Shown piece by piece: positions 11,691-23,251 of a stretch of 64,000 nucleotides of DNA. The notes below the pieces were generated by a model that did no database searches, was not told the DNA's origin, and was given only the letters and a program-made list of their open reading frames with translations. The DNA comes from Protoeuglena noctilucae (taxonomy: Eukaryota): contig OY253690.1 in assembly GCA_958009085.1 (NCBI GenBank), positions 62,001 through 126,000 of the forward strand. The letters are read 5' to 3'. The translations under genes and the position numbers were made by a program. How positions within the stretch are numbered: the first letter of the stretch is position 1; every line of letters starts with the position of its first letter.

Positions 11691-13364
11691 ATGGCGGGCG
11701 GACATAAGGTCAAGCGGTCGTCGGCGACCAAGAGCACGGCTCCGCAAGTCGGTGAGGCGCGAGGGAAGGCTTTTTGTTGCTCATGCAGCAACTGCCCCGT
11801 TGCCGACGTTCAGCGCGGTCCGGTGGCGCGCGCAGGGTGGGACGACTTGACCGGGGAGCTGCATCGCGAGATCCTGCGGCTGGTGCCCCTGCGCGACGCG
11901 TCGGCGGCGCGGCGGGTGTCGCGGGAGATGCACAACGAGGTGGACGAGGTGTGGAGGCCGTGGGGCATCCGGGCCACGGCGGAGGACAGGCGGGACGACA
12001 TTCCCAAACGCCTCGTTTCTTTGCTGCTCAATTGCGAGCTTAACTGGGGTCCGCTGGCGGTGTGGGCGTTCGTGGGGTCGCACGCACACCACCTGGCGAG
12101 CCTGGGGCTGTGGTGGCTGGCAGGGCTGGCGGCGGATGCGCGGGACCTCCATGGCATGTCGTGGCATGCCGCAAGCTACTGGTTTCCGGACCAGTCCCCG
12201 CTGATGGTGGCAGTGCAAGCGCGGCGGCCGGTGGGGCGCGGGCAAGACGGGGAGGTGGAGTGGGCGTATGCGCTGGGGGACGAGGAGGTGGCGCGGGCGG
12301 TGCGGGTGGCGGTGGCGATGAGGGCGGACGTCAACCGGCGGCTGCGTGGAGCATGGCCGCTGATGACGTACTGCGCCGTGCGGGGTTGCTTGGGGGCGGT
12401 CAAGGCGCGCATATCAGCGGGGGCGGAGGTGGACGTACCTGATTTTAATTCGGGCTGGAAGACGGCGCTGGTGCATGCAGCAAGTGAGGGTCACGAGGCG
12501 GTGGTGGATGCACTGCTGGAGGCGGGGGCGTCTGCTAAGGTCGGGCCTGGTGGCGTGGATCACACCCTAGCAGCGGTGTGCCAGGGTCATCCGACGCCGG
12601 GCATCGTGAGACGGCTGGCAGAGGCGGGGGCGGATGTCAACTTTTGTGAATGGCCAGGGGGGACGCCCCTCATCACTGCCGCGTGTGGTGGCAATGTGGC
12701 GGTGATGGCGGTGCTGGTGGAGCTGGGGGCCGATGTGGCTAGTACTGACGGACACGGAGTAGTGAACCCGTCCGGTAGACCGCCGCCGCCGCTGCCGTCG
12801 CGGACTGCGATGCATGTGGCGGAGACCGGGGAGGTGGTGCGGTGGCTGGCGGCGCGTGGGGTGAGCGTGCAGGGCGACGGTCGCGGGGATTCCCCGCTTT
12901 GCTGGGCTTGTGATCAACGTCGGGTAGATGCCATCCGCGCCCTGATCGAGTTGGGTGCGGATGTGAGTTACAGGGACGCTCAATATGGTAGGACGCCTCT
13001 CTATCGTGCGGTAGGCTTCTGTGGCGAGCAAGAGGCCGCGGTGGAGATGACGCAGCTGCTGCTGGAGGCGGGGGCGGACGCCAACGCTGCTAACGAGATA
13101 GGCACGACGCCCCTGCACTGGGTCATGCACGCCGCGTGCGTGGACCTGCTTGTAGACGCTGGGGCGGACCTGGAGGCGCGGGACAGGGAGGGCATGACGC
13201 TAATCTACGCAGCTGCAGCAGAGGCTATCGACGTTAGAGCCGGGGTCGTGCTGCGGATGGCCCACCGCGGCGCCGATCTGGTGAACACGGGCGGGGAGCC
13301 GGGGCGGGTGATGCGCAAGGTGGAGGAGCTGCGGGCCAAGCGCAGCCGTAGCCAGGCCGGCTGA
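11691..13364 (+). CDS. F-box-like domain plus ankyrin-repeat protein
   Basis: WDDLTGELHREILRLVPLRDASAARRVSREM resembles an F-box. Multiple ankyrin repeats (TALVHAASEGHEAVVDALLEAGA, GTPLITAACGGNVAVMAVLVELGADV, TTPLH..CVDLLVDAGADLEARD). Exact 5' structure is uncertain. Confidence 0.8.
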   Translation: MAGGHKVKRSSATKSTAPQVGEARGKAFCCSCSNCPVADVQRGPVARAGWDDLTGELHREILRLVPLRDASAARRVSREMHNEVDEVWRPWGIRATAEDRRDDIPKRLVSLLLNCELNWGPLAVWAFVGSHAHHLASLGLWWLAGLAADARDLHGMSWHAASYWFPDQSPLMVAVQARRPVGRGQDGEVEWAYALGDEEVARAVRVAVAMRADVNRRLRGAWPLMTYCAVRGCLGAVKARISAGAEVDVPDFNSGWKTALVHAASEGHEAVVDALLEAGASAKVGPGGVDHTLAAVCQGHPTPGIVRRLAEAGADVNFCEWPGGTPLITAACGGNVAVMAVLVELGADVASTDGHGVVNPSGRPPPPLPSRTAMHVAETGEVVRWLAARGVSVQGDGRGDSPLCWACDQRRVDAIRALIELGADVSYRDAQYGRTPLYRAVGFCGEQEAAVEMTQLLLEAGADANAANEIGTTPLHWVMHAACVDLLVDAGADLEARDREGMTLIYAAAAEAIDVRAGVVLRMAHRGADLVNTGGEPGRVMRKVEELRAKRSRSQAG

Positions 13365-13979
13365 GCTGGCTAGGTGCGGCGGCTGCGACTTTGGGTGTCC
13401 CAGGTGGTGGCAGCGGGTCGCACAATGGCTGGGGTGGGTAGCGGCTCATGTGGGATGGGTGCGATGGGCGGGTTTGGGGTATGGAGCTTTGGTAGGGTAG
13501 CGAGGAGGGAGAGGAGGCAGTAGGGCTGCAGCAGTCGCATGGCTGGACAGAGCTTTGGCTGTCGCTAAGCACCGTGTTTCTTATTCGTATCTAAATGCTT
13601 TGGTGAGCCAGGATCCCAAGTGTGCCGATTGGCGAGGCTCAGCAGTGCAGCAGCGCTCGCTGGCTTGTGCTCCCCGTCCCTTTCAAAAATCACCAGCAAA
13701 CTGATCGCGGTCTATAATCACCAGATATCATCACGGGTCACACACGTCACGTCAGAGAGAACGCGTCGAGCGTCCACGGCCTCACACACATATCCCGCCA
13801 TCCATCTTCACCCATAGTAGTACTATGTACAGCACCCAGCCCACCTCTCTCTACGCACGCTGAACCCTTGCTCTCCTTCACAAGCGCGCCCCGTCCACTT
13901 CCACCTCCACCGCCACCGTCTGCACCCCCCTATCACCCATTCCACCTCTCCCTACCCACGCTTAACCCCCCTTTTCATT

Positions 13980-16900
13980 TCATACGTGCACCGCATCCAC
14001 TTCCACCTCCACTGCCACCGTCTGCACCCCCCCGGTCCGTCCCGCCCCCGCCCCCGCCCCACCGCTCCCCGCACCCCTCAGCGCCAGAGTGTCAATTTCG
14101 ATCGCGTCCCATCGCATATCTAACGTGATCACCCCCCTTGGCACTTTCTGCAGGGGGAAGTCCCCCTGCAGCCTCCCCGACCGCGCCACCTGTGACACTG
14201 GGACCGACATTTCCCCGATGCTCTGCTGTAAAGGAGAGGTGAGCCGTATGATCTTGGTGAGTTTGGCCGTGATGCCGAGGTTCTTGTTCACCACCTCCAG
14301 GTGAAGCACGGCGCCCTCGGAGACGTGGGCGAAGGAGAAGCTCTCGTGGAACTGCGGGGATGGAGTGGGTCGATGTATTGCAACGATTGATTATTGCTAA
14401 ATAATTATCAATGGATAGTGTGTTGGAGACGTTTGCGAAGGAGAAGCTCTCACGGAACTGCGGGGGCAGGTGCCATGATGGGGCAAGGGTGGATCATTTC
14501 TATGGTGTATCTATTACAGTATCCATTCTAGCACAGTCACTTCATAAAACCAATCATTATTAGTACTATACTATACACGATAAAGCAATATCAACTAAAC
14601 ATAATCTCACCACCGGGTTGGCCGTGTCGACTTCCACCCGCGTCCTCTCCTCGAGGGGTCCCCTCTCCGGGTCCACCAATCGCAAACGCACCATGGGGTC
14701 CACGGAACGATTCAGGAGACCGGAACAACGTGTGACCTGGGGAGATCATGGGATATACATACATGTTGATAGCATGTAATAGTATATTACTATGATGACT
14801 GGGACAGACATCACACTGTCAGTTAGGCGCAGTCCGCCATGGTGCTTACACCAGCAGCTTCTGTCAGTACCACGAAATTACGCATTGTTCACAATTACAC
14901 CAAAACCACCACCCCATCCCCTAGTCTCTCTCCCTCACCTCCACATGCAGAATGCCCCGCCCCCTCAGCTCCGCAAACCCCGCATCGTCGCCTGACCCCA
15001 CGCCGTTCAACCGCGCACCCCCATGCACGCTCCCGGCTGCCTGCGCCTTTACATTCACCACTCCCTCTCGAGATGCCACCCCGCCCGCACCCGCACTGCC
15101 ACCTGCATCCCCACTGCTACCCACATTGCCACCCGCACTACCACCCGCACCCAAGCCCGCCGTGCCTCTGAGCCCCCCGGCCTTTTTCAGAGGCAGGTAC
15201 CGGACTTGGAAAAACTGCACAAGAGGAGCATGTCAAAAATTATTATAGTCAATATATGATATAATAGCATGCTGCATCTATATCTGCATGGTACACCACA
15301 TCTCCACACCACATCTCACGCAACACCTACCCTACCACCCCGTCTCACCAGCTGCGTCTGGTTGGCCAGAATATTCGGCAGGAAGCTCCTGCTCTTCTCG
15401 GGAGGACCATGCTTCCCATCCCCACTAACTACGCCCTCATCCCCCGGTCGCAACGGCGGTGGTGGTTGTTGTTGTTGCTGTGGTGGTGGTTGTGATGGTG
15501 CGTGAGGGTGGGGCGGGGTGTGCTTGGCTGTGGATGTCGCCGCACCCCCGCGCCACCGACGAGAGCCGCTGGGAGACAGGGCAAGGGTGAGCGACAGTGG
15601 AGAGGAATGACAATCAATGTATATACAGTTACTACCATTCGGTATACATAGTGGATGGTAATGTGGCACAGATGCACATCGTCACTTAATACGACATGAC
15701 TTAATATCATTCTCCCAACCCATCCCTCTCCCACTCCCCCCCTCACCCCACTGCCCATCACCCACCCCTCACTCATTTACACCAACCCTCTCCCATCCCC
15801 CCCCTCACCCCATCGCCGTTTCGTCGACCCACCGCCCCGGCTGCAAGATGGCGGGGTGGCTCTTGAGCGGCAGCGAGCACCGCGTGATGAGGCCGTCGCG
15901 AATCACACCGAAGTTGTCGTCCATCAGTTCCACCTGAAGGGAGAAAGGGATAGCGGTACATAGATGTTTATTATTATCATAATTATATTATTACATAATC
16001 ACAATAAAGATAATATTATAATAATAATGAATCAATTTTCATTTAAATACCATAATCATTATTTCCAATGCATAACACACGCTTGCCTCGAGCACGTCGT
16101 TGGTCAGGTCGTGCACGATGAGGTAGAAGTCCTCGTCCCAGGCCGGCGCAGTGGTCTTCGCCTTTGTAGACGACCTGCCCCTTGTGGCCCCGCTCACCGA
16201 CATCCGCACATATGGGTCGGGGATGTCGAGCCATCCCAGCGGATTGTACACGTGGGAGGCGCGGAGCACGCGGACCTGCACGAGGCCTGCGAGATATTAG
16301 AAGAGAGGGTTATATTATATTATATTATATTATATTATATTATATTATATTATATTATATTATATTATATTACCACCTCGTCGACCGTACCATACTCGTA
16401 CCTGCCACTATAAACACCAAACTCCCCCTGTTCTACCATTAAACCACCATTGTCTCAACTCACCCACGGGCGGCTGGTAGCTCCGGTCAAAGAGGGGCAC
16501 GTGCAGCGTCTGGGGGTAGAGGAGCATGCGAGACAGCACGGCGTCGACGATGCGTTTGATGGCATCTCCGATGAACGGAGTGGATATTAAATCAAAAGGC
16601 ACCCCCGGGATGCGGAGGGCGAAGTCGAGGGACGGGGGGGCGGGGAGTGTAAGGTCGACGGAGGCCACGCAGGGGAACTTGGGGGACCAACTGAGGGGGT
16701 GGGGTAAGGGATAGGGACACTGGGAATGTGTTATGATCACGCATTAACTAATACAGACCAGAGAGCTCAGTTGCACCTCACCGCACAAGCGCCCTCACAG
16801 TGCCCAGGAACACCACGTCTTGCACCTCGCACGGCACCCGCACCACGACCGCCCCCGCCACCGGGAAGCACAGCGCGGCGCGGAGTCGCGCGTTCGATCC

Positions 16901-18315
16901 CCACGCGACGGACATCTCCAAAGGCGTCACGTCCGCGTAAGGGCTCAGGACGCGGGCGCCCTGGACCCTGGGTGGTGCGGTGCCGAGGTCGGCGGCCTCG
17001 ATGACCAAAAGCGGGGCGGGGAGGCCCAGGGAGGCGAAGCGGGCGGCCAGGACGCGGTTCTGGGGGTGGATGAAGAGGGGTTGGGTGGGTAATGAGAAGG
17101 GGGGCAGAGGTACGGTGACTGCATACAGTCTATCAATCATTGTAATTAATCACTACTAGCACACCAAGCACACCATATTGATTTATATTGATACATCAAT
17201 GTCTCGCCAAGTAACAATGCCCCTCACGATGGTTGTCTCGACGTTTCGGTCTACGATGAGGTCGGCGGCGCGGTTGATGTGGGGCCATAGGATGTCGAGG
17301 GTCGTGGAGAGCCACTGGGAGCGCTCAAAATCGGGGGTGCGCAGGAAGGCGGGGACTGCATGGGGGGCGGGGCAGGGGGTGCTAGATAAGAAATGACGAC
17401 TGCAGGCAGGAGGATCGTTTGTCGCAATCACTGGGAGTGGTCAGATGTTATAGGGGGTGCGCAGGAAGGCGGGGACTGGAGAGGAGATGGGGAGGTGTGG
17501 CAGATTACAGGCAGGTTACAGATGCAATGGACAGGGTTGCTTGGTAGCACCATGGCAATCGAGATGGGTTGTGATGGCGACCCCTATACACCTGTACACC
17601 ATCCCCATTGCCCCTGTCGCATCCCCCGTCTCCTCCCCCGCTCACCCAGCTCGGGCCTCCTGGCCAGGTAGGTCCTCCCCACCCAGTTGAGCGCCGGCCT
17701 CCGCCAGAAACGCCGGGCGTCGTCGTTGGCGTCCAAACCGTCGAAGGAGGGCTCCAAAGCGAGCAGGAATCGCCACAGAAGATTCCCGATGAGGAATCCG
17801 ACGACGACGGCGGCGAGGGAGGCGACAAAGACACCGGACCCGGTACCACGCAACAGGCGGTACACGCGCGCTCCTTGCTCGGCCCACCCTGACGCCGCCT
17901 CCGTCCACGCGCGCTGCACCTCACGGCGCGCCACGGATAGCGCCTGCGTGATAGCGATTAAGGAGTGGGTATGGACGTCATTGGGACCTCAGAAAGCCTG
18001 TGTATTGTGTGATGCATCGCTGGCACTCCTCCACTAGCTATGGATAGCCAAAGTCGCAGGAAAGCAACGGCCCCTGCGCCACCGCAGCTCATCACTCGCC
18101 CGGTGGAAGAGGCGGAGGGCGACTCCGAGCCCCGGCGGGGCGTGGGCTTCGATCCACGCCAGCGCCGGGCGACCCACGGCATCGTAAAGCAACGACGCCC
18201 ATCGGGCCGCGACGCTGGCGATCGGGGCCAGGACGAGGTAAAGGAATCGAAATATCAATCGCGGGACGGTTAGGAGGAGGGAAATCGCGGCCCCGATGAG
18301 CCGCGCGAGGGCCAT
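13980..18315 (-). CDS. Synaptotagmin-like membrane tether (N-terminal hydrophobic segments, SMP domain, two C2 domains), multi-exon
   Basis: SMP start PDFERSQWLSTTLDILWPHI; C2 motifs PDPYVRMSV..TTAPAWDEDFYLIVHD and VDPMVRLRL..FHESFSF..LHLEVVNK. The exon junctions checked splice in frame, two via GC donors. Confidence 0.8.
16311..16372. repeat. (TATAT)12 microsatellite in an intron
   Basis: Read directly. Confidence 0.95.
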
Positions 18316-18963
18316 GGCGCAACGAGGGCGTTTCGTGCAAATTGATTGCAGCGCCGGGACGCCATCCGGGGGACGGAGTCTCGCATCAAAAGCGAGACGA
18401 TGTCAGCTACGTCAATACGGGGAGGGAAAGCAGAGGGACGAAGGAGGAGCAAGCGGGGCAAGCAAGACGGTGACTTGCACCACTGGGGTGCAAAACCACG
18501 GCTCCCTGGGGCCGCTACGCGGGAGAAACAGGGTCACGGTAGAGTGCGCAAAGCTGGCGATGATGGGGGAACCTCAACCGAGGCGAGGAAATTAAGGAAA
18601 GCAAGCCAGCGTTGCGCGCGCCAGACGCAGAGCGCCCGTTCGTGTCCGCGCCGTGGATGGGCCGACGCACGCTATACAGCGCATCCAGGAAGCTAACATA
18701 CTACGTCTGCCTAGTGTAAACTTTAGCTAGCTGCGCCTGCCCCCTCCTGCCGACGCTCGCTTTCACACGAAAAGCTTGCTGCGAGCCTTTAGCCGTGAAT
18801 CCCGGCTCGCCAGCTGTTTGCTCGATTTCTCCTGGTCAACGCATCCGCGCACCCACGTGCGTCACCGCGGGAACCTTCGGGCTGCCGTGTTCAGGGGTGG
18901 CGAATCGAGCGGGCGGCCTCGCCGGGGGTCCTTGCGGACCGGAGCGAGGGTCGCGGTGCAGCG

Positions 18964-20544
18964 ATGGACGAGGAGGCGCTTCCTGACCCCGGCTACGCGC
19001 TAACGCACTCGCTGGAGGACCATCAGGGCCCAGTATCGGCGGGTGCGCACCGCGGCGTGCGAAACCGCGCGGCGCCTGCCAGGCTCGTCTGGCGTCGCGC
19101 AAGTGACGCCTGTCCATTCTATATACATCGCAGTACGCTTTACGGCGTCCGGGGATCGCGTGGCAACGTCCAGCGCGGACAAGACGGCTAAGGTATGGGG
19201 CGGGCACGCGCTGCAACTCACGGCCGCCGCGATCCTGCGTCTGCATCGTTTCGATGCATCCCCGCGCATGAGTTGCGCCCCGAAAAATGTCACGCGAGCC
19301 TCTTGCGCGTCCTCCGTCACAGGTGTGGGACGCTTCGACGGGTACGTGCGTGTTGACCCTCGAGGGTCACTCGCGCGGCATCTCCGACCTCTGCTGGGAC
19401 CATACATTGCACGGTCGCTACCTCATCACCGCGTCCGACGACACGACCGTCGGCGTGTGGGACGGTGAGGCACAGAGAGCTGCGTTTGGGCGCGCTCGCG
19501 ATTGCGTGGGCGCAAATCCGCGTCTCTGTCATTGCCGATTGCCAATTCATGCAGCCGAATGTGTGACTTGCACATCGAAGAAGGCATACATGGCAAAGTC
19601 TCTGCTGGTTACTTCCCACCCAATCGAGTATTAAGCAAGTCTCAATCCCAGCCCCTCTCTACTCTTCAACCCCCGCAGTGGAGCGCGGCATCCCCCTCCG
19701 CTTCCTCCGCGGCCACACGCACTACGTCATGTGCGTGCGCCTGGGCCCCCGGGACAACCTCGTCGCATCAGGGTCGTTTGATGAGCGCGTCGCCATGTGG
19801 GACGTGCGTTGTGGGGGCCAGCCCATACGCACCATCCCCGCGCACTCGGATCCCGTCACTGCCGTGGATTTCTCTCCGGACGGCAGGTACCTCGCCACGT
19901 CCTCTTACGACGGCCTCGTGCGTGTGTGGCAAGTGGCCACCGGGCGTTGCGTGCAGACATTGGCAGAGGCGGGCAGCAACGCGCCCGTCGGGTGCGTGCG
20001 GTTCGCGCCGGCGGGGCAGCTGCTCGCGGCGGCGCAGGGCGGGGGGCTGCGGCTGTGGGATGGGATGGCGGGGGCGGGCGATGCGACACGGCCGCGACTG
20101 GCGTTCGAGGGTTCTGGCAGCGATTCGTTCTGTGCGGTGGCGGAGTTCTGCCTGCAGCACAGAGGCGGGGGGGAGGGGCGGGCGGGGCACTTGGTGGCGG
20201 CGGGGGGGGACGACGGGAGGGTGCGGTTCTGGCCGCTGTCCCAAAGGCACGCGCTGCTGCGGGGGGCGGGGAAGGGGGCGGAGAAGGGCGCAGCGCGGCG
20301 GCCGGTGTACGCGCTCTCGACGCGGGGAGAAGGCGCGGAGGGCAGCCCGGTGCTGGGGCTGGAGGTAAGTGGACCTGTAACGGCGGGCGGGTGACACCGA
20401 GCAATGCGGCAGGCATGGCTTTGCTGATGAGCCCGCTCGTTTGCCTCGCTGCAGTTCCATGGGAGCGGACGGATGGCCACGTGCTCCAAGGACGGGACTG
20501 CCAAGCTGTGGGCGCTGCGGGAGGAGCTGCGCCAGCCCCTCTAA
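18964..20544 (+). CDS. WD40-repeat protein, WDR5/Swd3-like
   Basis: Repeats ATSSADKTAKVWD, GHSRGISDLCW..TASDDTTVGVWD, GHTHYVMCV..SGSFDERVAMWDV, AHSDPVTAVDFSPDG..SSYDGLVRVW. Five exons; ends LRQPL-TAA. Confidence 0.85.
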
Positions 20545-20774
20545 CGGAGCGAGCGTGATTCTGGCGCCAGGCCCGCACGCTGGAAGTCTATATAGCGACT
20601 CCACTCACTGCAAATGCTAGTACGTACCCCGAGCGAGGTTGTGACGGGTTCATCGCGCCGCGGCGCGCCCATCTGCGCCGTAGCAAAGTTGCAATGCCCG
20701 TGCGCGGAATCGACGGACCTTCTTGACCTTAGCATCCTGTCGAGCTGTGAAACAGTTGCGTGTCGTTCGCGCCC

Positions 20775-22937
20775 ATGGTTGGCGCCTCCGCCTGGGCGCT
20801 GCTGTCGCTGCTGGGGCTGGCGTCCCGGGCAGCGCCTCGCCTTTCCGTGCCCGGAGTCGCCTCTTGGCTTGCCGGCTGTCCCGTGGTCGTGCCGCCTGCA
20901 TTCTCCAACGATCGTCTCGCGGAGGCCGTCTTCCTGCGCCGATCGGGCCTGAGCGCCTTCGCGACGGATACGTACCTGGGCAGCCCGCTGGTGGCCCCCG
21001 CGGCGTCCCTCCTGGCCCGCGTCGCCGATGCCGCGTTCCCAGCGTCCGTTTTCGGTTCATGGATCCCCGTCGTGCTCGCCGTGTGCCTCGACGCGGCGTC
21101 CGCGGCGTGCCTGGGGGACCTGTGGGCGAGGCATGCGGGCTTTGGGGGATCGCGGGGCGCGGCGCGGTGGGCGGGGGCGGCTTCCTGGCTGCTAAACCTC
21201 TTCGCCATCGTGCCGGCGTCGACGGGTGCGCGCGGAGCCTCTGTGAATGCGGATCGCGGGGGCTGATGGGTGCAGTGTGGAATTGAGAAGGCAATTGCTA
21301 ACCTCGCGACGCCGCACCCGCAGGCACGGCAGCGGGACTTGTACCCTTACTCGTCCTCTTTGCAGCTGTGCTCGCCGATCGAGGTGAGAGCTTACGGGTC
21401 CCATGATATTGCTGGCAAGCCGGTCGGTCTGAGGGGCGGGCACTCTATTCTATTCTATGACTGCGTTCTCTTCGCAGGTCTTGTGCTTCCTTTCGTCGCG
21501 GCTCTGCTTGCGCTCTTTCTGATTGACATGGAGAGCGCCCTGTACTTTGCTCTGCCCCTCGCATCGGGGGCGTTGTTCGGGTGGCGAGGAAAGCGACAGG
21601 GGAAGGAGTGGCAGGGGGCGATGTTGGGACACGAGAATGTAGAGAAGAAGGGCGGTGAAGGGCAAGTGGCGAGAGAGAGGGGCGGCGGGGGTGCGAGCGT
21701 CAGCGGAGAGGTGGGGACAGATGGAGCGGGCGGAGGGGCGCAGGAGGGAGGGAGAGAGGGGGCCGCTGGGACTAGAGAGGATTCCAGTCCCAGGGGACTC
21801 GCGGGGTGCTTCAAAGCATTGGGCCGGGAGGTGTCTGGAGCCCTGCGGTGGCGCCCCGGGTCGTGGCGAGTGGCGGCGGTGGTGACGGCATTGGCGGGGG
21901 TAACAGGCGAGGGCTGGCCGCAGTGAGGACTGTTATGAAATGCACCCTGTTGGCTCCTTCGCCTTTCCATTGCTTGACACAGACATGCCGACCCGCCCAG
22001 TCTCTACCCCCGCAGCCCTGTCAGCTGCCCGGGTGGCGCTCTGGGTGTCCTGCCGCCACGCATCTGGCGAAAGCCACATTGTTACACAGCCCTGGCCCTG
22101 GATGCATGTGCTGCACGATCGCGTGTGCGAGTGGGCGCCGGCCCGGGCACTGTCTCCCTACGAGTCCTCCCCGGCCCTCGGATTGTCGTGGTACGTCCGG
22201 GCACTAATCTTCCCCGAAGCACGTGCCCTGGTGAGGCGAGACGGGCGAATGCTTGGTCACACCTACCTGTTGCGCGCGTCGCTGCATTCAGCCATCAATT
22301 CTGTTTACACCGGCGGTGGCGATGTCTATCGTGACATGACCATCTACCCAGCACTCGACTAAGTCAACTAGTTTACTAAAACCACTGGAACCACCACGCG
22401 CGCAGTTCCACGCCGTCTTTTCCGTTATCGGCCCCGCACTGGCCGCCTGCGCTTCCATCCACTTGGCCCTCGACCCGACCCTGGCCCTGGCTTCCGCGGC
22501 GGTGGCGGCCGCGACACGGGCGCACCCCACCTGGCACGACGTGGCGCTGGCAGTGGGGATTGTGACCTGGGCGGCGGGGCAGGCGAGTGTCGCGCGTGGT
22601 TGCGAGTCTCGGAGCATCAGACATGGCTGGGGCACCTGCATAGCACTGGCTTACACTCGCACGCACTCGACCCTCGCAGGGCCGCCTGTCCCGGTGCCGC
22701 CACTGGCAGCTGTGGGCGGGCCTGTGCCTGTGGCCCCCGCTCGTGGCCCCCTTTGTGCACTATGCGTGGGCAGAGCGCAAGGCGGCCAACGCCAACTTCC
22801 TCTTCGGCGCCAACCTGGCGTATGTTGCGGGGGCGGCCGGGTTGCTGTGGGAGATGATCAGTGCAGATGGCGAGGGACGTGCGGGTGGCTCTGGTGACTC
22901 ACAGCGAGTTGCATCTGAGCGCACAGAGCGCCGGTAG
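20775..22937 (+). CDS. PIGU: GPI transamidase subunit PIG-U/Gab1
   Basis: Hydrophobic multi-exon ORF with RLAEAVFLRRSGLSAF, PALGLSWYVRALIFPE (PNIGLWWYFF-type motif) and AANANFLFGANLAY (GNANF motif). Confidence 0.75.
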
Positions 22938-23141
22938 GACTGCGCTGCGTTGCGGTGACGAGGGGGCGGGAGCGGCGATCGCAGCGTTTGAACGGTAGTG
23001 AGGAACAGGGAGTGCGGTTACGTGAGCCCGTCGAGGGGCATATAACTCGCGCACCTGATTGGCAGTGCACCAGTGGGGACTGACTCTGCCCGTACGGAAG
23101 GCTGTGTCCTGCTGGCACGGTCTCAGCGCATGGCTCTAGCA

Positions 23142-23146
23142 TTACA
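23142..23146 (-). promoter_or_regulatory. Candidate TGTAA polyadenylation signal of PUS10
   Basis: TGTAA on the minus strand about 105 nt past the stop. The same motif occurs downstream of the Arc1-like (33873), LRR (54515) and anoctamin (55699-55695) genes. Confidence 0.4.
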
Positions 23147-23251
23147 GATGAAGAACGGGTCACGCTCATTTCTCAATTCACCTCACAGCCACTCCGTGAC
23201 TAATATCCCCAGCCACGTCACAGCCACCCCATGACTACTTGTCGACCCCCT

